This document shows, one piece after another, positions 51,964 through 62,092 of a stretch of DNA of 64,000 bases. The translations under genes and the position numbers were made by a program. The stretch lies in assembly GCA_001780985.1 (NCBI GenBank), contig MFJV01000001.1, forward strand, positions 364,049-428,048, in the 5' to 3' direction. Source of the stretch: Candidatus Gottesmanbacteria bacterium RIFCSPLOWO2_01_FULL_43_11b. GTDB lineage: Bacteria > Patescibacteriota > Microgenomatia > UBA10105 > UBA927. Within the stretch, counting starts at the first letter, position 1. The number at the start of each line of letters is the position of its first letter. The notes below the pieces were generated by a model, which made no database searches, had not been told where the DNA came from, and saw only the letters and a list, made by a program, of their open reading frames with translations.

Positions 51964-52617
51964 TTATAAATACAGCGCTACCGTCATATTCCAGAAGATG
52001 TGGACGAGGATGGGAGCAGCAAGAGATGCGGTCGTTGCAAATAGAAGGCTATTGGCAAGCCCCAAAATAATATCCGTCACAAAAAAGAGAATAAGTGTTA
52101 CTCCCTGAAGTTTGTGCATGGTCACTAAAATAGGCACATGGAGAAGAACAAAAAGAGCTGTAGAGACTAAGGATGCATACGGCAAATTCTTCGTTTTTTC
52201 GAATATACGGTTAAATACGAATCCACGACTCAATAGTTCCTCGGAGAAAGCAGTAGAGAGAGAAAGCAGCAAAAGTGCTATCATTCCGTATTGTTCGAAC
52301 GCGGCAATAGGTTGAATTTGAAGCTTGCCGTATTTAATCGCATTTGCCGCAAGTCCCTCGAGAGCAAAAACAAAACCAAATCCCAAACCGATATAAATAC
52401 TTGTAAATAAATTTTTTCCTGTAAGTCCAAGAGATGTCAGACTTCTTCGTTCTTTCCTGAGTACATACCAAATAACCGGGGCAACAAAAACGAGCGGTTT
52501 AAAAATAAACTCATCTGCCCATTCCGGAAAACGAAGAAAGTATCGGTAGAGGGCCCAAGCAAGCGCAATCCACCCCCACAACTGGTAGACAGGCTCGAGG
52601 GATAGGCGTTTCTTCAT
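51964..52617 (-). CDS. CPBP-family intramembrane metalloprotease (CAAX protease / Abi)
   Basis: Motifs EELLSRG, FxxxH (LLHVP) and HIFWN. Confidence 0.8.
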   Translation of the reverse strand: MKKRLSLEPVYQLWGWIALAWALYRYFLRFPEWADEFIFKPLVFVAPVIWYVLRKERRSLTSLGLTGKNLFTSIYIGLGFGFVFALEGLAANAIKYGKLQIQPIAAFEQYGMIALLLLSLSTAFSEELLSRGFVFNRIFEKTKNLPYASLVSTALFVLLHVPILVTMHKLQGVTLILFFVTDIILGLANSLLFATTASLAAPILVHIFWNMTVALYL

Positions 52618-52634
52618 ACTTTGAGGATATCGTG

Positions 52635-53117
52635 TTACTTTGAGGGGTGCAAGACCCGAACTGCTGCTTCCATTGCATCGACCGTGAGTGAAATTCGCTC
52701 AACTGCCTCGTCAAGGGTTAATGCACGAATGTTGTGAGGGAAATAATGGAAGACGAGATTTCTCCCTTGCTTCCATGCGATCCAGAGTTGTTGGGCGAGC
52801 TTTTCACCAAACCGGTCGCTTACCTGTTGGTAGGCACTTCGTTTTCCAAGTCGACGGGCCAAATTCGGACTTAAAACTTTTCCTAAACGGAAGTGGTCAC
52901 TTTGGTAATCCCGCTCTTCGATAATATGTAAATCCCGAAAAAGTTGTTTAAGGAATCCCTCATATAGTTTGGCAAACGGAAACACGAGGTATGAATAGTC
53001 ACTTAAATCTTGCGTCGGATGATTTTTACGGTCCTCGAAAAGCCACGTTCCGTCAGAAGCAAGCTTTTTCTGCTGCGGCGAAAGATAGTTCCAAAGCGCC
53101 GATCCGGGCGTAATCAT
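52635..53117 (-). CDS. Hypothetical protein
   Basis: Start taken at the internal Met (MITPG) so it abuts rather than overlaps the upstream membrane-protein gene. Confidence 0.4.
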   Translation of the reverse strand: MITPGSALWNYLSPQQKKLASDGTWLFEDRKNHPTQDLSDYSYLVFPFAKLYEGFLKQLFRDLHIIEERDYQSDHFRLGKVLSPNLARRLGKRSAYQQVSDRFGEKLAQQLWIAWKQGRNLVFHYFPHNIRALTLDEAVERISLTVDAMEAAVRVLHPSK

Positions 53118-53551
53118 CGTACGAAGAGAAATGTTTCTATAAAAAAGAATCCTATAAAACCCCAAAAAATATATCGCTGCATAGATACGGTCACTGGTGT
53201 TGAAACCATTTGATACCAACTATTAAGACTTCCTACAGCTTTCCACTCCCCTACCTGCCAAAGAAGCATTGTAAGGTATAGTGAAAGTACTAATCCTGCC
53301 GCAATTAAACTAGTAACACTCGTCACCACAAAAAAACTCACTATAGTAAATAGTCCCATAAAAACAACCGAACGGAATGGTGATGGTGTCAGTTTAAAAA
53401 ATGCTTCCGCCGCGTCAAGGAAGTAGATCCCTAAAGCGCCGCCGCCAAGAAACATGAGACCCTCAATAGGAGGCCGAAACCGCCACTTCAAAAGACCAAC
53501 GAGAACTATGTATGCAAGAGGGATGAGGATAAACAAAAGTGGTTTGCGCAT
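53114..53551 (-). CDS. Hypothetical 4-TM membrane protein
   Basis: Hydrophobic helices; ATGA overlap with the downstream gene. Confidence 0.5.
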   Translation of the reverse strand: MRKPLLFILIPLAYIVLVGLLKWRFRPPIEGLMFLGGGALGIYFLDAAEAFFKLTPSPFRSVVFMGLFTIVSFFVVTSVTSLIAAGLVLSLYLTMLLWQVGEWKAVGSLNSWYQMVSTPVTVSMQRYIFWGFIGFFFIETFLFVR

Positions 53552-53560
53552 ATCTCTACT

Positions 53561-53833
53561 TTAATACACAACGTCAAAACTAACAAATTCATTACTTGCT
53601 TCTTTCCAAGCAACATCAACTTTCTCTACCCAACTCACCTCTGGTCCGTGTTGACACCTCTTAATGAGCTCTTCAAGGCTTTGTCGCACTCCTTCAGCCA
53701 CGAGTTCTACTGCCCCATCCTCCCTATTTTTCACCCATCCCGTGAGGCTAAATTCCTTTGCCTGTCGCACAATCCACGCCCGAAACCCCACTCCCTGCAC
53801 ATCTCCGGAGATAATCAGGTGCGCTCGCTTCAT
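53561..53833 (-). CDS. acyP: Acylphosphatase
   Basis: 90 aa; VQGVGFR and GWVKNREDG acylphosphatase signatures. Confidence 0.9.
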   Translation of the reverse strand: MKRAHLIISGDVQGVGFRAWIVRQAKEFSLTGWVKNREDGAVELVAEGVRQSLEELIKRCQHGPEVSWVEKVDVAWKEASNEFVSFDVVY

Positions 53834-53841
53834 GAAGAAAC

Positions 53842-54252
53842 CTATTTAATTTCTCCTAATTCTATATTATGTGTTGCTGTAAGAGGTGCAACACAAATTG
53901 TTGCTCGAATCGATGTACCGGCATTATAGGAAGTCACCAGTCGTGGATCTACATGATCATGAGGTTCTCGGTTATCGACAAATAAAACGGCACCCGACAC
54001 CTCAAATTCTACTATCCCGCTACCATCGTGATTCCCGAGTTGAAACGAGGCGAACGCAGCTGACAGTCTTCCGAGAGGCGTTGAAGAATACTCAAACACA
54101 ATACCTTCTGGTTCCCTTCTCACAAGTTGAGGTTTCACCATTCGAAATCTCTCACTACTTGCTGTCGTAATTATTACTTCTGGAATTTTAACCATAGCAA
54201 CGAAAGGAGTGTACTCTATTCCTGCCCACTGCGCAACTTCTTGAGTTTCCAC
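53842..54252 (-). CDS. Hypothetical protein (136 aa)
   Basis: ORF only; contains a GNHD tetrad but is too short for a calcineurin-like phosphoesterase. Confidence 0.4.
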   Translation of the reverse strand: METQEVAQWAGIEYTPFVAMVKIPEVIITTASSERFRMVKPQLVRREPEGIVFEYSSTPLGRLSAAFASFQLGNHDGSGIVEFEVSGAVLFVDNREPHDHVDPRLVTSYNAGTSIRATICVAPLTATHNIELGEIK

Positions 54253-54476
54253 ATAAAAAGTCTGGCGCGGGATTTGGGACGGGCGTCTTTGACAAAAGAG
54301 AGTGCTTTTTCCAAAATTGCCCGAGGAATTGTCTTTGCAAGTCTGATATAGAGCGACCTATGTTTGTAATCACGAAGCTCTTCAGCTAAATAAATTCCGT
54401 ACGCCTGAAATTCCCGCGAGATGTATTTATCTTCCAAAGGATTAAATTTTTTTAGAACATCGCCGATTTTTTGCAT
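54216..54476 (-). CDS. Hypothetical small basic protein (86 aa)
   Basis: ORF overlapping the downstream gene by 37 nt; weak. Confidence 0.3.
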   Translation of the reverse strand: MQKIGDVLKKFNPLEDKYISREFQAYGIYLAEELRDYKHRSLYIRLAKTIPRAILEKALSFVKDARPKSRARLFMWKLKKLRSGQE

Positions 54477-54481
54477 GAGAA

Positions 54482-55072
54482 TTAATTAAAACGATTCATC
54501 GCTTTATCGAGGCCTTTGAGAAGTGCTATATGAAGAGCTTCTGTTCCACGTTTCACCATATGCTTAAGATCTCCTGCCTCACCACGACGAAACTTGGAAA
54601 GGACAAAATCAAGAACAAACTTACGATGAAAATTTCTGTTTGAGCTTTTCTTCGTCGCCTCCATTCCCCTTCCAATACCGAGACGAAACCGTGTAAATAC
54701 GTCAGTTTTAATTTCTCGCATGATAGACTCTACCCCATTGTGCCCAGCCGATCCCCCGCCCGTACGAATGCGGATTTTACCGATAGGCAAATCTAAATCA
54801 TCATGAATAACCCAAATATCCCCAGGCGAAATCTTATAATACGAAGCGACTGAAGAAACCGCCATACCGGAGGCGTTCATAAAGGTTGTGGGTTTCACAA
54901 GTATAATCTCTCCCCTCCGAGCAACAAGCGCATGGTGTTTCGTTTCTTCACTCCATGGTATTGCTGGGCCTCCAATTTCATTCGCTAGGTGTTCTACCAC
55001 CATAAAACCTATATTATGGCGCGTATCTCTATATTTATCTCCCGGATTACCTAAGCCTACAATAAGTTTCAT
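54482..55072 (-). CDS. pth: Peptidyl-tRNA hydrolase
   Basis: LIVGLGNPG...YRDTRHNIGF signature. Confidence 0.95.
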   Translation of the reverse strand: MKLIVGLGNPGDKYRDTRHNIGFMVVEHLANEIGGPAIPWSEETKHHALVARRGEIILVKPTTFMNASGMAVSSVASYYKISPGDIWVIHDDLDLPIGKIRIRTGGGSAGHNGVESIMREIKTDVFTRFRLGIGRGMEATKKSSNRNFHRKFVLDFVLSKFRRGEAGDLKHMVKRGTEALHIALLKGLDKAMNRFN

Positions 55073-55082
55073 CGCAATATTT

Positions 55083-55706
55083 TTACTGTCGTAACAATTT
55101 TACTACTTCTTCATCCTCAACCTGTGGAAACTCTTTATAAAACTGACCGACTGCTGAGAAATCATCGGGTGTTTCAATAACGACAAGCTCATGTACCTCT
55201 GGTTTTATTTTACTAACAACGGAAATGGGAGCAACGGGAACCGCAACCACAATCTTACCTGCTTTCTTTTTCCGTAGCCACAGTATCGCTACTTCAAGAG
55301 TTGCTCCTGTTGCAGCACCATCGTCAACGACGATAACTATTTTATTTTTTACATCGAGCGGCCTTCGCCCTTTTCGATAAAGGAGTATTTTTTTCTTTAT
55401 TTGATCATTGAGTTCTTGGTTCTTAATTCTCAGGTATGCCTCATCCGCCCCCACCCGGTGGGCTAACTTCCAACTAACGAAAGAAACATTATCCGGAGCA
55501 AGCGCACCAATGCCAAGCTCTGGTTCAAGAATGCTCGGTATCTTTTTAATTACCAATACATCCAGAGGCAATCCAAGTTTTTGAGAAACCACAGACGCAA
55601 CAACGACACCACCGCGGGGAAGTCCAAGGACAACAGCTGTCAACCCTTTGTAGCCAACGAGTTTTTTGGCAAGATTTGTTCCAGCGTCTGTTCTGGTCGT
55701 GAACAT
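55083..55706 (-). CDS. Phosphoribosyltransferase-domain protein
   Basis: PRPP-binding loop IVIVVDDGAATGATL. Confidence 0.8.
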   Translation of the reverse strand: MFTTRTDAGTNLAKKLVGYKGLTAVVLGLPRGGVVVASVVSQKLGLPLDVLVIKKIPSILEPELGIGALAPDNVSFVSWKLAHRVGADEAYLRIKNQELNDQIKKKILLYRKGRRPLDVKNKIVIVVDDGAATGATLEVAILWLRKKKAGKIVVAVPVAPISVVSKIKPEVHELVVIETPDDFSAVGQFYKEFPQVEDEEVVKLLRQ

Positions 55707-55711
55707 TATCT

Positions 55712-56071
55712 TTACTTAGCCATCTTAGCTAATTGCTTTTCTGCCATCCCGCCTACGTAGGGCACTTTATAGAGCTCTCCTTGAAACGCTTTCCACATGC
55801 AGACGATCCACAAAATAAAACCAGTGAATGTCAAAAGCAATCCGACGAGCCATCCTAAAAATGGGATAAAGCCCAAGGCTATATTGGCGATAAATATGCC
55901 GCCAAAGAGTATCGTTGATTGCATTGCATGAAAACGTACAAATTTACTCTGCTTTTCAATGAGGAGGAAAATAATGCCGGTTAAGAACCCCAAAAGGTAA
56001 CTCGCTGCTGCCATCAAATTTTCATTTCCTTGTGATTGCACCATATATTTCACCTCCCTTATTAATCTCAC
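55712..56071 (-). CDS. Small membrane protein, DUF4870-like
   Basis: FHAMQS motif and 3 TM helices. Confidence 0.5.
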   Translation of the reverse strand: MRLIREVKYMVQSQGNENLMAAASYLLGFLTGIIFLLIEKQSKFVRFHAMQSTILFGGIFIANIALGFIPFLGWLVGLLLTFTGFILWIVCMWKAFQGELYKVPYVGGMAEKQLAKMAK

Positions 56072-56085
56072 GATATCATGAACAT

Positions 56086-57384
56086 TTAAAACATTGCAAG
56101 CTGCTCTTTAGAGGCATCAAGGATTGGTTTTTCCTCCCCTTCTTTCCAAATTTTTACGACGCCGAATACCCCATCATATCCGGGATCAATGACAATATCA
56201 CCACTTCGTACTTTTTCGATTGCAGAAGCAATGCGTGATCCGGCGATTTTCTCAATGGCTTCCCTTGATGAATTTAAAAGTACCGTAAATTCTCCACCAA
56301 GAGCATCGGTAAGGGCTACATAAACCACTTGAACTTTTGGGCTTGTAACCGGCGAGCCGATTGATTCGCTTATTATTTCCTGAAGCGGAACGAGGCTCAC
56401 AAACGGCGGTCGATTTGGAAATGTTTTGCTTGCAATTCTTTTGTCGTTTGTTTTAACAAGCTTTAAATCTTCTTCGCTTCTTCCGGAGAGCTCTTCAACT
56501 CTTTGCATCACTCCTTGTGTTAAGGGTTTCCCACATACCGGACACGTAATCCCTTTCTTTTTTGATTCCTCCGGACTCCATCTGATGCCACAGGCTCGGT
56601 GGCCGGTATAATGATACTTTCCCTCTTCAGGATAAAACTCAATCGTGTAGGCAATATTTCTTTGTTTGCTAATTGCTTCGTAAATTGCTCCGTAGGTCAG
56701 TTTATCAACGTCAAAGACTGTCGCTTCTCTCCCCAATTTCGGTCCGGAATGCGCATCGGAAAATGAAACAATAGCTCGATTGTCCAGTTCTTTTATCCGC
56801 CAGTTCATGGCTGGATTGCTTGAGAGTCCCGTCTCAACTGCATAGATATATTTTGCATACGGTCCAAACGCCTCATCGATACTTTTAAATCCTCCTAATG
56901 AGCCATAGACGCTAAACCACGGCGTCCAAGCGTGCGCCGGAATAATCAGCGCTTTGGGCTCAATGGAAAGAACGAGCTCCGCAATTTGTATTGACGTAAG
57001 ACCCACAATGGGTCTACCGTCACTCATGAGGTTACAGCCGCGCTTTGTCATCTCTTGACTAATCTTTCTCGCGGATTCTAACGTTGGCACCCAAATAAGT
57101 GTATGGATACGTCGGACTTTTCCGCCCTGAGAATAAATACAAGAAACTTCTGTAGCAAGTAAAAAAAGCGGGGTTTTTTGAGATTTCAGCGCCAGAAGTC
57201 CGTTTCCTAATTCTTCAAGATCCCGCTCAATCTCCCGAAACCAAATTGGGTGGGTCCAATCGCCGGTTGCCACCAACCCAATCCCTTTCCGTTTTGCCCA
57301 CATGGCAATATTTGGAAGGGTCATTTGCGGCGAAACAGCACGAGAAAATCGTGAGTGAAGCTGAAGGTCGGCAATTACCTGCAT
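56086..57384 (-). CDS. PHP-domain protein with C4 zinc ribbon, endonuclease Q-like
   Basis: N-terminal ADLQLHSRFS PHP metal-binding motif; CPVCGKPLTQG zinc ribbon; overall length fits the EndoQ/TIGR00375 architecture. Confidence 0.55.
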   Translation of the reverse strand: MQVIADLQLHSRFSRAVSPQMTLPNIAMWAKRKGIGLVATGDWTHPIWFREIERDLEELGNGLLALKSQKTPLFLLATEVSCIYSQGGKVRRIHTLIWVPTLESARKISQEMTKRGCNLMSDGRPIVGLTSIQIAELVLSIEPKALIIPAHAWTPWFSVYGSLGGFKSIDEAFGPYAKYIYAVETGLSSNPAMNWRIKELDNRAIVSFSDAHSGPKLGREATVFDVDKLTYGAIYEAISKQRNIAYTIEFYPEEGKYHYTGHRACGIRWSPEESKKKGITCPVCGKPLTQGVMQRVEELSGRSEEDLKLVKTNDKRIASKTFPNRPPFVSLVPLQEIISESIGSPVTSPKVQVVYVALTDALGGEFTVLLNSSREAIEKIAGSRIASAIEKVRSGDIVIDPGYDGVFGVVKIWKEGEEKPILDASKEQLAMF

Positions 57385-57389
57385 AGGGG

Positions 57390-58202
57390 TTACTCAAAGA
57401 TCTCTTTCATGAGTTTTTTCAATTTTTTCTCGTATGTTTTGATGAGCGATTTTTTGATGGGTTTCTTTTCCCCATAGAGATGTCCGCCCATAAGATACCC
57501 GGGTAAATACTTAAGCGGTCTTTTGAAAAGCAAAATTGGAAGTGCTGAAACAACATACTGTTGAATAATTTTCATTTTGCCTTCCCGGCGAATTCTGCGC
57601 ATCGACCACACGTAGAGAGATTCGGGTAAAATAGTAAGCGTAATTCCCTTTTTAAACAATCGCAATCCTAAATCTATATCTTCATTGTATGCCTGATCTT
57701 CGTCGTATCCTCGGACAGAAAAAAATGTTTGACGATGAATGACAGATAGCGGACCGGGAGCCATAGGACGCTTTAAAAGTATTGATCCTTCAAGAACTAA
57801 ATTCGCAAGAAGTGTATACAGATGATCATTGAGATCGTCGGAGTCGGGTTGTGCCCATGTGGTAAACAGAGGCGGATTTTTTTTCTCAATAAATCGTACA
57901 ATTCGTTCAAAAAAATACGGCGTGAGAATACTATCTGCATCAACAAACACCAACCACCTCCCACGCGCCTCTTTTGCCCCCAAATTGCGCTGAAGCGGGA
58001 GATTGGCCTTTTTACTGACAATAATCTTAACGCCAGGAAATTTTTTGGCGAGAGTCACTGTTTTATCTTTGCTTGACCCATCCACAACAATAACCTCAAA
58101 ATCTTTTTTCGATTGATCTGCAAGCGATCTCAAAAGATTGGGTAAGAACTTTTCCTCGTTAAGAGTGGGGATAATAACAGAGAATGTGGGGGGTTGTGTC
58201 AT
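57390..58202 (-). CDS. Family 2 glycosyltransferase
   Basis: FSVIIPTLNEE ... VVDGSSKD ... FVDADS (DxD) motifs. Confidence 0.85.
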   Translation of the reverse strand: MTQPPTFSVIIPTLNEEKFLPNLLRSLADQSKKDFEVIVVDGSSKDKTVTLAKKFPGVKIIVSKKANLPLQRNLGAKEARGRWLVFVDADSILTPYFFERIVRFIEKKNPPLFTTWAQPDSDDLNDHLYTLLANLVLEGSILLKRPMAPGPLSVIHRQTFFSVRGYDEDQAYNEDIDLGLRLFKKGITLTILPESLYVWSMRRIRREGKMKIIQQYVVSALPILLFKRPLKYLPGYLMGGHLYGEKKPIKKSLIKTYEKKLKKLMKEIFE

Positions 58203-58213
58203 AGCGACCCTGA

Positions 58214-59161
58214 TTATACAGAGGAAAAAAGCTCAAAAGCAACAAATGCCGCGTATAATGCCAAAAGCCCAAATCCCTCTTTCCGTGTAATATCGCGTCG
58301 TGAGGAGAGTGCCCACACAAAATACGCTGATATAACGACAAGGAGTAGAAGCGAAAACAACAATCTGTTTTGGCCAATAATATGAAACGGAGCAAACACT
58401 CCCAACAACCCCAATATCAACGTATTTGCAGCTGCACTTCCCAAAAAATCGCCGAATGCAATGCTCTCGCGCCGTAGCACCGCCCCTTGGAAGGCTAGCG
58501 AAAATTCTGGGAGGTTCGTGCCGAAAGAAAGCAAAAGCAATCCAAATACAAAAGACTGAATATGCAGCGCTTCCGTGAGCACTTGCGCTGACTCTATCAT
58601 TACTTTCGAAGCAAGCGCCATACCAATAAACCCAATAACAAGCATTATGATAGTCTGGCTCACCGTACGCAGAGGTAGGTGGATGCTTTTTTTCTTTTTT
58701 CCGTCACCGTTTTTCATAAAAAATGCGTGAATGACATAGAGAGCCACAAGTGCAATTCCTTCCAGCCGCGTCAATCTTCCGTCAAATAACACCACAATCG
58801 GCGCAGCAACCACAGCGCTACTTGCCATAATTTCCCGACTGTCGAGCCCACGGTCGAGCTTTATACGACCTAAAATAATAGCTGATGCTCCTATAACCAA
58901 CGAGAGAAGGAGAATAGAACCACCAAGGAGATTTCCGACAGACAACTGTGGTACCCCGTCAATGACTGCCTGGCCTGCAACGAATAGTTCAGGTGTTGAT
59001 GTGATGAGCCCGAGCAATAAAAAACCGACGGCAAAGTTTGTAATTCTTGCCTTGTGCGCAAGTGATGATGCCGCTCTAATAACCAGTTCCGCAGATCCGG
59101 CAAGGACCAATCCAAACCCTAGGAGAAGTCCGGCATGGAGGGTAAATGATTCGGCAGGCAT
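58214..59161 (-). CDS. Ca2+/cation antiporter (CaCA family, YrbG-like)
   Basis: Two alpha-repeat motifs (GNLLGGSIL..., GTNLPEFSLAF) in a 10-TM protein. Confidence 0.8.
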   Translation of the reverse strand: MPAESFTLHAGLLLGFGLVLAGSAELVIRAASSLAHKARITNFAVGFLLLGLITSTPELFVAGQAVIDGVPQLSVGNLLGGSILLLSLVIGASAIILGRIKLDRGLDSREIMASSAVVAAPIVVLFDGRLTRLEGIALVALYVIHAFFMKNGDGKKKKSIHLPLRTVSQTIIMLVIGFIGMALASKVMIESAQVLTEALHIQSFVFGLLLLSFGTNLPEFSLAFQGAVLRRESIAFGDFLGSAAANTLILGLLGVFAPFHIIGQNRLLFSLLLLVVISAYFVWALSSRRDITRKEGFGLLALYAAFVAFELFSSV

Positions 59162-59165
59162 ATGT

Positions 59166-60857
59166 TTATTGTTGTTTAAATAATGTCTCTACCTCTTTTA
59201 CTGTTGTCACTTCATGTGGTGATTTGTCGGGACGTATGCGTACAAGTCTTGGAAAACGCACTGAATACCCGGCTCCGTGTTTTTTTGATTTTGTCAGATC
59301 ATCGCCGGCAATCTCAAGAACCAATTTTGGTGAAACCCAAACATCCGGGTAGTATACCTTATCCACGTCTTTGTATTCTTTAGGTTGCTCTTTCATTCGA
59401 AGCTTCTTGAGAGACTGAAATAATCCACCCAACTCTTTTTCTGTAGCTCCTGATCCGAGTTTTGTGACCGTCACAAAATCATCTCCCCGTCGCACTCCCA
59501 AAAGAACCTGTCCTATACCAAATGCAGTCCGCTTCCCTTCGCCGCTTGTATATCCCATCACAACCGCATCAATTGTATCTGTAAGTTTGCCTGTTTTCCC
59601 TTCTTCTTCTTTAAATTTTACCCAGGTATACCCGCGTCTGCCCGGTTCATACGGGCTATCCCATTTTTTTACCACCGCTCCCTCTAATCCTTTTTTTAAT
59701 TGTTTATCGTGGTACACACGGAGTGCTGCTGCCGAGTCTGTAATGATCTGTTCGGAAACGACTAAAGAATTTCCTGCTCGTATCGTTTCTTCAAGGATTC
59801 TTCGACGCTTTGAAAAAGGAACGGATAATAAGCTTTCTCCGTTTTTGTAGAGAATGTCAAAAACAAAAAACTTCAACGGAACTTTGAGGAGTGTTTCCGC
59901 AATGTCGTGTTTTCTTTTTCGCGTCGTTGTTTCTTGAAATGAAATAAGTTTGCCTGTTTTTGGATCGAGGCCAATTGCTTCACTATCAAGGATAACCTCA
60001 CGGGCGTTTAATTGTTTTCCAATGTTTTGCAGTTCAGGAAACATATCCGTTGTATTTTCCAAATTTCGCGAGAACGTTTTTGTTGTTTGTTGATAGTGAA
60101 TTTGAACTCTGACCCCATCGTATTTTGGTTCCACTGCAACCCTCCCCATTTTTTTAATCATTTCATCTGCGTTTGGAAGCCGTTGACAAAGACAGGCTAA
60201 GATTGGTGCGCCTACTTTGACACCGACGTGGGAAAGCCCTTTCATCCCGTGTTCTTTAATCGTTTTTGCAAGGTAACCAATATCCGGGCGCACGTTATAC
60301 GCCTCTTCAAGTTTCACTCTCGCAGATTTATTTCCGTTTAACATCCATGAAAGCGCATCGAGAATTGTCATATCCGAAAATCCAAGACGGAGCTTATCAA
60401 GTGGAATTCGAGTAAGATAGCGGGAAGAAAGCCGGCCGACACTTGAAAGAAGTTCTGCTAATAGTCTTATTTTTTTCTCCCGCGATCCAATTCCGCTGGT
60501 TTGGGTTATTGTAAAGAGTAAATCGTACACTTTCTCAATCGAAAGGTGGTCATCGTGACCTCGGTAAAGTGATTCTGCAGCTGTACCCACATCTCCTGCT
60601 TTTTTAAATGCTTTGGTTACTGAATCTATGGAGTTGTTGTAGGCTTGGGCAATTGCTCTTACTATAAACTTATCGGCAATGCCAAACTCTATTGCCTCGT
60701 AAAGTGGCGCCACACGGCCGAGGAGGAGGTAACAAATTTTGCCTATTTCATTCTTCCCTGATTCTTTAAAGAGCTCTGCGAGAATCTCCGTCATCGCATT
60801 GCGTGAGGCGGTACTCTCTAGTTTTTGGAAATATTCCGAAAGCCTTGAAAATGTCAT
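59166..60857 (-). CDS. ATP-dependent DNA ligase
   Basis: Adenylation motif I EPKYDGVR; OB-fold C-terminal region. Confidence 0.9.
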   Translation of the reverse strand: MTFSRLSEYFQKLESTASRNAMTEILAELFKESGKNEIGKICYLLLGRVAPLYEAIEFGIADKFIVRAIAQAYNNSIDSVTKAFKKAGDVGTAAESLYRGHDDHLSIEKVYDLLFTITQTSGIGSREKKIRLLAELLSSVGRLSSRYLTRIPLDKLRLGFSDMTILDALSWMLNGNKSARVKLEEAYNVRPDIGYLAKTIKEHGMKGLSHVGVKVGAPILACLCQRLPNADEMIKKMGRVAVEPKYDGVRVQIHYQQTTKTFSRNLENTTDMFPELQNIGKQLNAREVILDSEAIGLDPKTGKLISFQETTTRKRKHDIAETLLKVPLKFFVFDILYKNGESLLSVPFSKRRRILEETIRAGNSLVVSEQIITDSAAALRVYHDKQLKKGLEGAVVKKWDSPYEPGRRGYTWVKFKEEEGKTGKLTDTIDAVVMGYTSGEGKRTAFGIGQVLLGVRRGDDFVTVTKLGSGATEKELGGLFQSLKKLRMKEQPKEYKDVDKVYYPDVWVSPKLVLEIAGDDLTKSKKHGAGYSVRFPRLVRIRPDKSPHEVTTVKEVETLFKQQ

Positions 60858-60863
60858 AGGGCT

Positions 60864-61049
60864 TTATCGAATAAAGAGAACGTAGGCAGCAGCAACGAGG
60901 CCCAGACATATAATGCCAAATCCCAGAGCAACTTTGCCGTCCGGCTCACGACGAGATATTTTCGCAAATCCCTGTCCGACGACGGCCAAGGCAAAGAGTG
61001 TCGGGATAACTAAAAATATGTACGTGAGGCCCGGGCCAGTCAGGTTCAT
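60864..61049 (-). CDS. Small 2-TM membrane protein
   Basis: 61-aa hydrophobic ORF; ATGA overlap with the Fic gene stop. Confidence 0.4.
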   Translation of the reverse strand: MNLTGPGLTYIFLVIPTLFALAVVGQGFAKISRREPDGKVALGFGIICLGLVAAAYVLFIR

Positions 61050-62092
61050 TGCGACCGAAGGACGTATCGAACTCCTTTCGTCGTCCCTTCTTTCTTCACT
61101 ATACCCTTTCCGATGAGGTCTTTCAATTCTCGAAGTACGGTATCTTCTGAGATCATGGGGAATAGTTCAAAAAATACTTTGTTTTGAAGGAATCCATTTT
61201 CCTGTATAAATTCTACAATCTTAATCTGCCTCTCTGAGAGCGCTAATGGTTTACCCCCGAGAGATTTTTTGAGTTTCAAGTCAGTCGAGAGCGACTTTAC
61301 TTTATCCTTGATGCGGGTGAGTTCAATGGCGAGCCCTTCTGTAAAATACTCCAACCATCCCGTCACGTTTCCGTTTGATTTTCCGACACTTTGAAGTGCT
61401 TCGTAGTAGCGCAGCGGTTCCCGATCGTAGTGTTCTTCCAGGGAAAAAAACCGCTTGACGTCGTACCCTTCTTTGAAAAGGACAAGTGTGGCAAGAGCCC
61501 GGGCAACCCTCCCATTTCCGTCAAGGAAGGGGTGAATCCGTACGATTTCATATTGACTAATACCGGCCCGGATGGTTGTATGTGTTTCTTCCGCAGTTGT
61601 TGTATTGAGCCACTCCAAGAAATCTTTTATGAGAAACTGTATTTCAATAGCTGCTGGCGGACGGAACGTTACCTCCCCTGTTTGACTATTTTTAACCACA
61701 ACTTGCGTTTTTCTGTATGTCCCAATTGTTTCCTCAGGTAAAATTCTGTGCGTTGTTAATTCATGAATATGTTTCAATGATTCTTCTGTAATCTCGGATT
61801 TGTCGTAATTTTCGATGAATTTCAAAACGTTCCTGAAGTTGAGTACCTCTTGGATATCACGCTCGCGGCCGACGATTTTAGCACCAGCAAGGACTTTTTC
61901 TGCCTCAGTGAAATTAAGTTCATTCCCTTCAATGTGCGTTCCGTGATGGACGGTTCGCACCATAGCATCTTCCCGAAACTTTGCTTCCCACGCAGGCACA
62001 AGCGGAGAGTTTTCAATAACTTCCCGCGCCGCCTCAATCGTTCCTATATACTTGAGAATTTTATTGGATATGGAAAACGTTGGACTGTACAT
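61046..62092 (-). CDS. Fic/Doc-family protein (putative AMPylator) with C-terminal winged-helix
   Basis: Canonical Fic motif HPFLDGNGRVARAL. Confidence 0.9.
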   Translation of the reverse strand: MYSPTFSISNKILKYIGTIEAAREVIENSPLVPAWEAKFREDAMVRTVHHGTHIEGNELNFTEAEKVLAGAKIVGRERDIQEVLNFRNVLKFIENYDKSEITEESLKHIHELTTHRILPEETIGTYRKTQVVVKNSQTGEVTFRPPAAIEIQFLIKDFLEWLNTTTAEETHTTIRAGISQYEIVRIHPFLDGNGRVARALATLVLFKEGYDVKRFFSLEEHYDREPLRYYEALQSVGKSNGNVTGWLEYFTEGLAIELTRIKDKVKSLSTDLKLKKSLGGKPLALSERQIKIVEFIQENGFLQNKVFFELFPMISEDTVLRELKDLIGKGIVKKEGTTKGVRYVLRSQ

